This document shows positions 1 to 11,830 of a DNA stretch of 64,000 nucleotides, piece after piece (position 1 is the stretch's first letter; each line of letters starts with the position of its first letter). Made by a program: the position numbers and the translations under genes. A model generated the notes under the pieces. It was not told the origin of the DNA, ran no database searches, and saw only the letters and a program-made list of their open reading frames with translations. The stretch is from Octopus bimaculoides (lineage: Eukaryota): the NCBI RefSeq assembly GCF_001194135.2, contig NC_068981.1, positions 12,232,226 through 12,296,225 of the forward strand, read 5' to 3'.

Positions 1-29
1 ATATATATATATGTATATATGTGTGTGTG

Positions 30-61
<32 letters not shown>

Positions 62-479
62 CACACGCAGCATTGCACCTAAGGACCTATGGGCTTTTTT
101 CTACACGATCGGAAAGTTGAACTGTGCACTCGGCTGTTTTTTTCTTCTCTCTCTCGGCATCTCTTTATGCCTTTACTCCTTCTTCTATGTCATCATCTAT
201 TTGTCTCTGATAACGGAATATTTCATACTCTAGGATATCCCAGAAACAGCTGTAAGACTTTAAATTTTTTCCAATAATAATAATGTATATATAACTTGAA
301 ATGCTTGCCTTGCCTTAACGTTTATTGCCCTCTATAACAATGATATATCCGCTATATCCGAAATCTGCAATGGCTCCATAACTATGGTCACGTCTATAAA
401 CTGGAACCCTAGTATTCCGTTACTGCACTTAACTAGCCTACTTAATTTTTTAGATGACTTGTGAACTAAACCCAGTCGC

Positions 480-660
480 GTATTGTCCTTGCATTCGAAA
501 CGCGGAGTAGATGAACGGGACAACTGATCAAGTGGAATATTCTTTATCTTGCTTGTCTCATTTCTCCGTTTGTTTTTTTCGTTGTCCGAAAAAAAGTTCG
601 TTTTTTGTATTCGTTTCTCATTGTGTTTAACGTCCTGTACCCATATATGGCATATATGTA
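480..660 (+). mobile_element. Dispersed repeat fragment, probably a Penelope pLTR-type repeat; second copy at about 25060-25240
   Basis: tgtcct...aactgat(c/g)aag...ttcttta...tacccatatat is similar to 25065-25240. Confidence 0.45.
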
Positions 661-732
661 TACATATAGATGTACGTATGCACATATATGTATGATATAT
701 GCATATATTTATATATTATTTATATTATATGT

Positions 733-768
<36 letters not shown>

Positions 769-2519
769 NNNNNNNNNNNNNNNNNNNNNNNNNNNNNNNN
801 NNNNNNNNNNNNNNNNNNNNNNNNNNNNNNNNNNNNNNNNNNNNNNNNNNNNNNNNNNNNNNNNNNNNNNNNNNNNNNNNNNNNNNNNNNNNNNNNNNNN
901 NNNNNNNNNNNNNNNNNNNNNNNAATGTGTGTGTAAGCGTAGGCGTTTGTGTATTATATATATCATCAAATGTCTTTCTGCCTCTCTGTGTATATACACA
1001 GAGAGGCAGAAAGACAGGGAGAATTTGAAAGAAATACACATATGCATACATACATAAGTGTATATCTAATTTTTCTTTCAGACAATTAGAAAAATTGTTC
1101 TCAAAATACTGTTAAAATTCGCAAAACTTCATGTAATAAATGTGTCTGATAACCAACTTCAGGCCATTCGAATACAGTTTTATACATTGTTGATAATTTG
1201 TTCTAGTGCTTGAACTATCTTTCCTCTAGCGTTTGATCTGTCCTTCCATTTCGCAGTATTTTTCTATACGTTCCTAAAGCATTTCGTACAAGCATTAGCA
1301 CATTTCGTGCTAGTTATCCTTATATATACACATTTATGCACATAGATATATATATAGTTTTCTGTATCTCCAGTCCAGTTTGATGAATTGACCTATCATT
1401 AGTTGGGCACGTTCCTTGGTATTTTTATAGTTTTCATCAAATATATAATTGTCTTAAAGATATCGATATACATTTAGCATGTGTAGTTCATTTAGACCCG
1501 TCCCATGTGACAGGTCCTTTAAACATCTTATCGTAGCAGTTCAGAGCGTCATTACCATACTTTCTAGCATTTCTTTTCTTTTCTCTACAAAATAATAATA
1601 ATGTTGAAAACCTTAAAATAAGTTGATATACATTGATAAATTACTTTTCCTAATATCATGTTCATACATGAAAGAAACCATTTATCGATGGACATTAATA
1701 GACTTTCTAACAAATGTTGTTATCGCTTGATGTATCCCTTGTGATATGGATCCGATATGCATTGAACCACACTTTGCAGTGAAACCTGAGATTTGCAGAG
1801 TATATGCATCTTCCCATATTAGAACATACCTTTGAGAATGTTGCTCACTAATGCAGTTATTTATATATAAAACAACAATACGTTACCAATTTTTAAATCT
1901 CAAATATATCTAGTTCTTACATGGCAATTGACAATTTAGTTATACACACGATGATTATTTATGTTGTACTCATTCTCATAAGCTAAAACGAGTTTTGCTA
2001 TATATCAGCCTTCCGAATGACCTATACGATGTGCAGCTACATATTGCATAGACCTACACACGATTATTGATGATTAAATGCAAAATATATTCATATTGCA
2101 ACATCATGCAATTCCTAAAATGCTAAATGTGATGAATTTATAAAATCGAAAATATATACCAATTAGAAAATAAAACCTCACACAAGACTATATAATGCGT
2201 TTTGAGCAAAAATTGTGGACTCTGTATATGAGTAATCTAGTGTGTTTGTTTTAATGATCTACCAATGTATAGAGTAAGTTTCTCTGCCATACTATTATCG
2301 TCCTTTTCCTGCGGCTTACCAGAAATCCACCCCCACGTCCTCTGCTCTAATTTTCTTCTTCTGAGTGAAGATCTTCAATATTTCTTTCGCTGTTGTTTTC
2401 TCATGCACCTCCTTAGATATCTTCGAGCTCCATTTCTGTCAGCTAGCGTTTTTTTTTATTAATAATATTATTATCAATATATTCTTGTTTGTATCACGTG
2501 CTTTCACAGTACTACAGAG

Positions 2520-2935
2520 CGCAGCTCTATGTGCCTTGGGTATGTACTGTTATTTGTTTTGATGTTATTGTTACTGTACTGAAAAAGCTTACCGTAAGAT
2601 GTGTGCGTGGCCAAATAGTGCTGCTTTCTGTATGCTATATATATTGGAAGGTTCTGTATACGTGATATATATTCGTAAGTCCTTACGTATTCTTTTTTTT
2701 TAACCATACCTCATGTACTTATTACAGGAAATGCTTCTTTTTTCAGGATCAATGTTTGGGTTATCTATAATTCCAAATATTTGTATTTTGAGAGATTCTC
2801 CGTTTCTTGTAGAGATACATTGTCATCCGTTGGGGGTGATACATCGATTAGAAAGTACTTTTCCTTGATGATCTCTAACAGTTATATCCGATCTACTAGC
2901 CTTGATTTATCTATCTGTGTATATTGGAATACACA
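2520..2935 (-). mobile_element. R4/Dong-type (RLE) LINE 3' end, degenerate
   Basis: Frameshifted minus-strand translation gives IPIYTD..IKASRSDITVRDHQ..., SLxETExLSKY and IQKAALFGHAHILRK-like restriction-like endonuclease motifs. Confidence 0.7.
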
Positions 2936-3236
2936 GAATTTTACAGGAATGACCAACCATTTATTCCTTCATCTTCAGTCTTGTAATGTGTGTTTAAGGG
3001 ATGGTTGCTATTTTAAGAAATAGTATGGGAGGTTGGTTGGTGGAGGGGAGTATATTGTAATATTGGATATTCCAATATACACATACAAAAAAAAATTCCT
3101 TTTGATTCCACAATGCTCTCTTCCACCAAACAACCTTGCCCACTATTTCTAAAAATAGTAACCTTCCCTTAAACACAGATTACATGACTGAAGATGAAGG
3201 AAGAAAAGGATGGTCATTCCCCTAAAATACTGTATA
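2930..3236. repeat. Inverted repeat: arms of about 121 bp (2930-3050 / 3116-3236) and a 65-bp spacer
   Basis: Arms align as reverse complements without indels; about 19 mismatches by hand count. Confidence 0.9.
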
Positions 3237-4626
3237 AATACTTAAATATGATTCTTTCTGTATATATGCTTCTATCCAATCATAATTTTTAAGGAACTTA
3301 AAATAATTATAAATTTATTTTACAACCTATTTTGAACACTTTCATGTCAACTGTTTAAATATTTTATTTTCTTATCATTGTCAAAGATTCTGTTTCTTAA
3401 CATTTTCTTATTATTATCAAAAACTGCATAACTGTATTTTAATACGACTATGATAACCATCTTTTAATACAACAAAGGTTACACAAAGCTTTACATTTTA
3501 CTTTAGATAATCATTTTTTTTTAAAGTGAAACCGGTGATGTCAATAACCATCTTTAAAACACCTCTGCATATTCAAATCTTCTTTCCTATATATTTTCAC
3601 TCGTGCGGTACATTGCAAGTTCACTTTGTTATATNNNNNNNNNNNNNNNNNNNNNNNNNNNNNNNNNNNNNNNNNNNNNNNNNNNNNNNNNNNNNNNNNN
3701 NNNNNNNNNNNNNNNNNNNNNNNNNNNNNNNNNNNNNNNNNNNNNNNNNNNNNNNNNNNNNNNNNNTATATATATATATATATATGAGTTTCTCATTGGG
3801 TTTATGGAAAGTTTTGTGCGAGGAGGAGTTTAGAACTTTTTTTTTTTTTTTAGTTGTTATGGTATGTGGTTTGCCTCTGAAGAATATGTCTAAGTATTCC
3901 TCAACATATCAAAGTTTTACTAGCACTTACATATATGCATTGTGCCCTTTAAATAATCTCAATTGTTTTCAAATTAGGAAAATGATAGAAGTGTTGGGAT
4001 TGACAAACACATGTTTACATGTAACTTTATTTTCTCGACCAAACATATCAGCGCGAATATATTTTCAACAAGTAAATTCGTTTTAATCAACAACTGGTGT
4101 ATGCAACATCATAGTCGTTGTGCAATAATATTAAAAGAGGAGGAAAATTAACCTAAACAGCCGAATTAGCTAAAATGGTTAGACGATTATTGGAATTTCT
4201 CTGTAGGTATTATGCCGAAACGAAAAGTATATATTCTTCGTATATTTTCATTAATAATTCCGTTGTTAGCTTCAAATTTTATATATTATCTTAATCAATG
4301 ACGTTACCTTTTCTTACATTTGCCATGTACCCTCTTTCATCATTATTATATTAAAATTATTATTAACAAGTTTATGTGAAATGGGTGACCAAGTAAAATC
4401 GTTAACGCGGCATTTTGTCCGTCTTTACGTTCAGCGTTGACACTCTGCCATGGTCTACTTTACTTACCTTCTTCTCAGAGACGATGAAATAAGTAACAGC
4501 TAAGCACTGGGATCGATAAAATCCACAAACACTCAACCACAACTTTTCAGGCCTTATTTTAATAAATGATTGTATCGGACGAGGCATATATAAAATAAAA
4601 ATTATTAACGATATCCAGAAGTTCTC

Positions 4627-5841
4627 TTATTTCAAAATATTTCTCGTTGCACCGGAATGATTCATGCGTTCATTTAATATGTTCCACAGTTTGTAAAAAA
4701 TTTCGGTATTAGGTATATGGTAAATAACAGTCGTTCTTTTGTTATCCTTCGAAATATCATCCAATGAACTAACAAGAAAATTATAGGCCGAATCATAATT
4801 AGTATGTTTTATACCTAGTGCATTGACTAGCATACCAGTTACATAAACATCATCTATCCAAAAGCGCGGAACTTTTAACGAAATTTTGAGTAAACGGACG
4901 GGCATGTCAGGGCTGAAGATATAAGCAGATCCCGAGCAATAAACTTCATAAGTGTTATTAGGATATTCTTCACGTGAAACATACCACTTACTATTTTTGT
5001 CTCTAATGATTTGCATAGAATTCCATACATTACACAATATAAGTTTTTCCCGAGCATACTTGTACTGTTGTAGATATCTCAAATGTTTTACCACTTGAAA
5101 AATATCGACTAATATATCATCATCTGTTTTCATTATATATGAGATATTGTGGCAGTTTGTTGCGATCCAGCGCAACGCTACCATTGCTTTGGAATTTAAG
5201 TTTCGATATGTGTCGTTGAATTCACTCTGTAATATGTCATTATAACGGTCAGATTCTAATTTGACCATATCCATAACGTGACGGTTTTTGACGACACCCA
5301 TCACAAATAATAACTTGATTTTCAATTTGCCCAACAGTTTTTTGTCGCCCCATGTTTTTCGTATTGCACTTCGTCGCTTAATGTTCGTTGGTGCTGTGTG
5401 AATATAAACAATCATAAAATCATCGGGGGCACATTGTAAAGATGGGTTAATGATGTGACGTGAGTAATAAGGCAGCTCTTCTTCTGACAACAACGACAAT
5501 GATGAGCTGTTCCGAAGTGAATTTCGAACTTTCATAATTTCATTTTGTTTTGACTGTAAACCACCATGTACTCTTAGCGATAAAACATGTACTGATGAAT
5601 TATCTTTGCTTTTCTTATTAATATTTATATTCATTGTGCTCTTGTTACCTATTGTATTATTCTTCACATTGTTCCTTTCAAACTCCTGCAGATCCTTCCA
5701 CGAGAACCAGGAAAACATTGCCGGTTTCATAACTTGTTTCGTCCTAGAAGACAGATGAATTTGAACGAAAAGTATAAAAAATGCCAGGAAGATGAGAAAC
5801 CTGGAGAATGTGCGGTTTATTTTGCGTCTGCACAGCAACAT
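4627..5841 (-). CDS. B3GALT: GT31 beta-1,3-galactosyltransferase-like type II membrane protein, paralogue 1 (404 aa)
   Basis: Intact ORF with N-terminal TM segment and stem; GT31 motifs RRSAIRKTWG, LLFVMG, ESDRYNDILQSEFNDTYRNL, KTDDD (DxD), YCSGSAY, DDVYVTG and C-terminal YH. The symbol is family-level only; exact orthologue is not determined. Confidence 0.95.
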   Translation of the reverse strand: MLLCRRKINRTFSRFLIFLAFFILFVQIHLSSRTKQVMKPAMFSWFSWKDLQEFERNNVKNNTIGNKSTMNININKKSKDNSSVHVLSLRVHGGLQSKQNEIMKVRNSLRNSSSLSLLSEEELPYYSRHIINPSLQCAPDDFMIVYIHTAPTNIKRRSAIRKTWGDKKLLGKLKIKLLFVMGVVKNRHVMDMVKLESDRYNDILQSEFNDTYRNLNSKAMVALRWIATNCHNISYIMKTDDDILVDIFQVVKHLRYLQQYKYAREKLILCNVWNSMQIIRDKNSKWYVSREEYPNNTYEVYCSGSAYIFSPDMPVRLLKISLKVPRFWIDDVYVTGMLVNALGIKHTNYDSAYNFLVSSLDDISKDNKRTTVIYHIPNTEIFYKLWNILNERMNHSGATRNILK

Positions 5842-5884
5842 TGCGGCCGTTTTTAGAAAGATTCACTTCAAATTCCAGCCTGAT

Positions 5885-5905
5885 CTGTAATAACGAAATA
5901 AGAAT
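5885..5905 (-). promoter_or_regulatory. Splice acceptor in front of paralogue 1 coding exon
   Basis: Minus strand ttatttcgttattacag|atcagg, 43 nt upstream of the ATG; matched by ttccttattacag| at 43124 in paralogue 2. Confidence 0.7.
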
Positions 5906-6122
5906 ATTAGAGAAAAAAGTAAATCAATATTTTCGGGTGTACGTATAAATAGATATATACTTGTATATATACGTATAGGTACATAGATGAAACCATACAT
6001 GCATACATACACGCACGCATAGATACACGCACGCATACATATATATTTGTTAAACTGGCCAAATCTCCAAAGTCGATGTCAATCATATTCTTGTTTAAGG
6101 AAAGTAAAATTAGATATGTTTA

Positions 6123-7025
6123 TACGAGGTGGTATCAACAATTTTCCACACTAGTTAAATTTCATAAAAAATATATTATTTACGTAACTTTTAACATCAT
6201 CTCCTTCGAAGTAGTCGACTTCTAAATAATCACACTGACCCCAGCGTTCCTGCCACTTTTGGAATTCGTCCTTGTTTTCCGTAAGTGAATCGAGAGCCTG
6301 CTGCGATTCAGTCTGGATCACGACAACGGTGTTAAAATGGCAACCTTTGAGCTGCATTTTTATCGTGGGGAAGTGATGGAAATCTGCAAAGTGCTACATC
6401 TGGTGAATAAGGAATAGCGGAATCGATACGTTTTGTTTTTTGCGAGAAACTCACGACGGAGAAGAACTCGTGACAGGGTGAATTGTCGCAGTGAAAAGAC
6501 GGGTTCTTCACGCTCCACGGATCCGTTCGCTTCTGCCCAATGTCCTCTCTATAACGCTTCCAAATGCCAACATAGAATTCTCGATTGACAGTCTGATACT
6601 GGGAGAGAAATTCTCGAAACACAATACCACATTTCCGGGAGCGACGCTCGTGTCTGGTCTTCCATATTGCTCATCGTCTTCCAGGAATGTTCTTCCACTT
6701 CTAAAGCGTCAGTGCCGCACGAGACATTACGTACGACACAATGACTCGTCACGGTAAATTTAGCGACCCATTGCTCAATGTCTTTGTAGCAGACGTACCG
6801 AATTTAACTAAAACTTTCACGTTGGCTCTTTGTTCCAACTTCCTGTCCATGATATAATCGTAGACGACAACATACACGTGATCACAAAAACCACAAATGT
6901 CACAACTCGGGAAGTAAAAAGAGCGATGAAACTCGATATACTTTAGCGGGAAGGTGATTGCTAACTCTCACTCACGCATAGAATCGTGTACTGCCGTCTG
7001 TTGGCGTGTTATGGAACTAGTACGG
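6123..7025 (-). mobile_element. Internally deleted mariner (DD34D) transposon
   Basis: TA-CGAGG terminal sequence at 6123 with partial aactagt counterpart near 7016; remnants MDRKLEQRANVK, QTVNREFY, HCDN, PYSPD, LKG..F, FQKWQERW, DYFEGD. Confidence 0.85.
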
Positions 7026-7043
7026 CTTCTGCGTGTGTGCACG

Positions 7044-7089
<46 letters not shown>

Positions 7090-7310
7090 CACACACACAC
7101 TAACACACACACACGCACACACATATGTTTAATATGAATAGATTGTGGAGTTGTGTACCGTAGTGGCTCTTAGTCAGATTTCATGTTGCGTCTAACCGTA
7201 TCATTTACTATTAAACACCAGTGATCGCTTAGCATGAGTAATCCCGATGTAATCCTCCAGTTTCGATTCGCTGGATTATGAATAATATAAAGATGTAAAT
7301 TTCAGACAAT

Positions 7311-7724
7311 TATAAACAATGCGGAGGTTGGTGCATCGTCAATTTTTTTGTTCTCAATTTTACAGTCAGTCATACAGCAGAATTAGTTGGTTAGATTGAC
7401 CGACACGTAGTCCTGTTGCACAGAACATGTGCAACAGAACTACGAGTTGTACAAGTAACTCAGCACTGTCCACCATGCACCTGAATCTTTCGACAAGTTT
7501 GGTTTTCGATTCAAGCCACTCTTTTTGAATGAAGGGGCACAGCATACTATGGTATGTTTCCTGCGTTACTGCAATAAAGCTGAGGGGTAGCGACAGAAAG
7601 GGTCTGAAAACTGGAAACACTCTGGGGAGCAGAAACACGTGGGGGTCAATCATTTATATTATATGACCAACAGTAAAACTAAAAAAAGGGTTGACGAAGT
7701 ACCACCTCCGCATTTTTTGTTATT
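7311..7724. mobile_element. MITE-like non-autonomous DNA element
   Basis: Imperfect terminal inverted repeats of about 30 bp: aatgcggaggttggtgcatcgtcaa (7318) versus ttgacgaagtaccacctccgcatt (7691). Confidence 0.6.
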
Positions 7725-7729
7725 GTTTT

Positions 7730-7776
<47 letters not shown>

Positions 7777-9387
7777 NNNNNNNNNNNNNNNNNNNNNNNN
7801 NNNNNNNNNNNNNNNNNNNNNNNNNNNNNNNNNNNNNNNNNNNNNNNNNNNNNNNNNNNNNNNNNNNNNNNNNNNNNNNNNNNNNNNNNNNNNNNNNNNN
7901 NNNNNNNNNNNNNNNNNNNNNNNNNNNNNNNNNNNNNNNNNNNNNNNNNNNNNNNNNNNNNNNNNNNNNNNNNNNNNNNNNNNNNNNNNNNNNNNNNNNN
8001 NNNNNNNNNNNNNNNNNNNNNNNNNNNNNNNNNNNNNNNNNNNNNNNNNNNNNNNNNNNNNNNNNNNNNNNNNNNNNNNNNNNNNNNNNNNNNNNNNNNN
8101 NNNNNNNNNNNNNNNNNNNNNNNNNNNNNNNNNNNNNNNNNNNNNNNNNNNNNNNNNNNNNNNNNNNNNNNNNNNNNNNNNNNNNNNNNNNNNNNNNNNN
8201 NNNNNNNNNNNNNNNNNNNNNNNNNNNNNNNNNNNNNNNNNNNNNNNNNNNNNNNNNNNNNNNNNNNNNNNNNNNNNNNNNNNNNNNNNNNNNTAGGAAG
8301 TCATTTTGTAGATGTGTGTAAATACAAGAGTAGGAGATGAAGAAAAATACCATCTTGACTGGGCTGTTAATCAACAGTCTAGTGAATCAAACTGGAATTT
8401 AATTTCTATATATTCTAATTGGTAGGGGTAAGATAGCAGTAATTTCAATTTAGAGGAATGTAGATTAAGTAGTATGGGACAGCAGGTTAGGGGTAAATCA
8501 AGCAAGAGAAGAAAAAAAGAAAAAAGAGATAAGAAAAAAGAACAAATATATATAGAAATAAAAATGAAAATGGAAGGACAATATCCTAAGGAGTGGCTAG
8601 AGGAAATTTAAGGTAAGGGAACTTAGGTCAAGATATTGGAGATTCATTATTAAGAATATATCTATTCGTCAGTGTATTTAGAATAATACAACAAAACACT
8701 AAAGTACTAAATTTAAAACCATAGAGAACATTATTCGCTGTGTATATCGATTCACCATACCAACATGGTCCCACTCGCTACCCCTAAATATACACATGTA
8801 ACTCACAAGAAGAGAATAAAAAAAACCAGGAGAATAAGAAGCTACGTAATCAGAAATTTGTTAATTTTAATCATATTGAGGTTTTATGGAACTCCTTAAT
8901 GCCCTACGATAGAAAGAGTAGTAACGAAACCTATCTTTTGTTGTGCTCTAACTTTTTCTATTTCTTTTGTTTAATAAAAACGCAATATGGCTGAACGTTC
9001 ATCAAATATATTTGCTAAATCTTTATCGAATATTGAAACTTCTGTTACTGTCTCTCTCTCTCTGTGCAACTCAATGAAAGTTTTCTGAATATTTGAATAT
9101 ATGATCGTTGCAACATATTTTCCAGAATTGTTTTTTTGTAATTTTACAGTCTCTTAAATCCTATATTTCATTATATTATGTTATATTCTAATCAGCAACA
9201 AATCATCGAAACGGGTTTGATATTTGAATAAATCTGTTACAGAATTTAAGTCACAAAATGCTGTTTTTCACGTGCAAATTCAGAACTCAAAACATATTCT
9301 CATATATGTATATATATATATGTACTTATTTTATCTTTTACTTGTTTCATATTTGCATATACATACACACACGCACACATATATATA

Positions 9388-9432
<45 letters not shown>

Positions 9433-9660
9433 GTGCATATATCGTCACTTCCCGATCCACCACAGGCGACGCGACGTCACCGAATGACCGGTGCCGTGTC
9501 CGTCCCGCTCGCCCGCGACGGAACCGTGGCTTCAACTCCGGGTGTCGTGGCGGTGGTGCCCGCAATCTCCGCGCGCTCGCAATCCCGGCATCGTCGCTTT
9601 GGCGCTTCGGTGGCCGACAACACCTTTTCGGTAAATTGTCGGCATTTTATATTTTTTATT
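9433..9660. other. GC/CpG-rich island of unknown origin
   Basis: 83 of 120 bases are G/C over 9481-9600 in an otherwise very AT-rich window; many CpG. Confidence 0.8.
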
Positions 9661-9709
9661 TCGAGCATGCCCATTGTTTGTTACTGATTTGTCGACTATA
9701 TAGTATAGT

Positions 9710-10868
9710 AGGGTACAATTTGTAAGAAAAACAGTACCATTACGCAGTTCACTATAAATTTGGAAACGACATGTTATACCGCTTGGCATTTGCACAAGAA
9801 ACCCCTATACCAACATTTCGGAGTATTTGGTTGTCAATCTGAGGACAGTGTAGAGTATTTAGAAAGGGTTGGATGAGTCAAATTGTGATTGCTAAGAGTG
9901 CAGCAGCTCGGAGAATTGAATCCGAGTGTTCTGATCAGAAAAGTATTAATGAATTTGTTGGTGAGACCCAGGCCATGATTAACAACAATCCCTCCAAGTT
10001 AATCAGGCCCATCACCACGGAAATGGGAGTGTCTGAATTTCTTATCAGGCAGGTAATGCATGAAGACATTCGGTATTCCTCATGCAAGTTGAGAAAAAGG
10101 GTCAATTTTTATCGCACATCATCAAGGAAATGAGGAAACACCACGCTACGAAGCTTTTGAACAAATTTAAACATCCCCGCAAGACTTTGGTTTTTCTTAG
10201 AGGAGGAGAATTTACGCCAGGATCAGATGGTGAACAACAGAACAAACGTTGGCTTAACGTGTCCGCAAAACATGTACCGAGAGTGATGAAAATCAAGCAT
10301 CCAGTCGTCCCCATGTCGTTTCTAGTGATCATTAGTGATGGAGATGTTATGCCTCCATTCAATATCCCCACACGGCCTCAGACACAACTCGGAGGCCTAT
10401 ATGAATTGCCATGAGGTAGTAGAGCTGGTCTGGGTCAAGAAGGTGGCTACTGGATGACTATATGCAGGAGAACCCAGCCATGTCTGTCAGACAATTGATG
10501 CGACCACATCACCCCTAACACTTGGCCACCCAACTCACCAGATTTCAATGCCCTTGATTATTAGGTGTGCGGTGCAGCTAGGTGAGAGACAAACAAAACT
10601 CTTTGTAACACCAAAGATGAATTGAAGAAAAACATTACAGCCCAATTCAACAACTTATACAAGGAGAGCGTCCATAAGAACAGCAGGAGATTCCGAAGTC
10701 GTTTGGAGACAATGGTCAAAGCTAAAGCTAAGAGGATTTTATTGAATAAATTTACTCTTTAGTACTTCAATAAACTTTTAGGTAACTTTTGTAAATATAT
10801 CTGTTAATATGAAATGTCAAATTTATTTTCATTTTGCGTAATTTAGACGACAATTTATTCACCGTATC

Positions 10869-10870
<2 letters not shown>
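9710..10870 (+). mobile_element. Tc1/mariner DD37D (maT-like) transposon, decayed, near full length
   Basis: Frameshifted motifs EFLIRQVMHEDIRY, NKRWL..KHVPRVMKIKHPV, SDGDVMPPF and WPPNSPDFN-like (tggccacccaactcaccagat); terminal ...atttattcaccgtatccc followed by TA. Confidence 0.85.
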
Positions 10871-10920
<50 letters not shown>

Positions 10921-11399
10921 GGGGCGTATGTGTATGTGCGTATGTGTATTGTGTATGTGTGTGTGTGTGTGTGTGTCCTGAAAATATGAGAAGCAGAAGT
11001 TGTAGTTAGTCAGGCACTTACTTGAGAACGATCATTTCCACACTCATGCATCCATACTTGACAGGTGTGATAGTTTACGAACAATTACAATGCATCTCCA
11101 CAGATGACGCTTCAAAAACTAATCTGTTTTCACGGGCGTTTCCCTTACTTATATAAACATTACATTTTGATAAGCGTAGCGTATTCTCCGTTGCCAAGCA
11201 TAAACTGAGGTATAATGAAAGTATCTATGAATCACAAGCTCTAAAATTAAGTAAATATGAATAAAAGAAACAAAAAGTAAAAACAAAATAGAATGATAAG
11301 ATAAAATTAAATAGTATCATCGTTTACACTGATATATAATTTGAATTATATCTATAGACCATGTCTATGTTTCACAAACTTGATGCAGCTAGCACGGTA

Positions 11400-11830
11400 A
11401 CTACGCCGATAAATGGAGTCAAGACTGCCTCATATACAAATATGCAGAGAAAAATCAAAATGTCCTTTGATGAATCTCTGTATGAGGAGAAATCATATAT
11501 ATAAAGGGGAGGGCCCTATGTTTACATTGGGTAGACGGCTGATTCATTTAAGAATCGTTATCGTAGCCATGCTGCCAACTGTAAAACAATCAATAAGAGA
11601 CATTCAACATCATTGGCATATTTTTATGGTGACTGAAGGAGGATAAAACGAAGTACAGTATTATTTGGTACATAGTAAGGTATGCGAAACCATACAATAT
11701 AATTTCCAGGAGATGCCGTCTCTGCTCCGAGGAATCCCTGTCTATTCTGTGGACTAACGGGAAGATAATTAATAGAATTTCTGAACGACTTTCGAGATGC
11801 CTTCACGCATATAAATGTACTTTCGTACAT
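11400..11830 (+). mobile_element. Penelope-like element (Neptune-type) zinc linker and GIY-YIG endonuclease fragment
   Basis: ICREKSKCPLMNLC..IY, YVYIG*TADSFKNRY..H, W.IVRYAKPY...RCRLCSEE, SRCLHAYK. Confidence 0.75.

Noticed and set aside
60-300. Possible integrase-like peptide DRVEKAHRSLGAMLRV on minus
   Set aside because: A single short motif with no flanking support
332-685. 117-aa minus-strand ORF
   Set aside because: Antisense to a repeat and a microsatellite; no recognisable domain
4627-5841. Retrogene origin of the intronless GT31 ORFs
   Set aside because: Single-exon ORFs are usual for B3GALT-type genes, and both copies share an acceptor, 3' flank and distant 5' block
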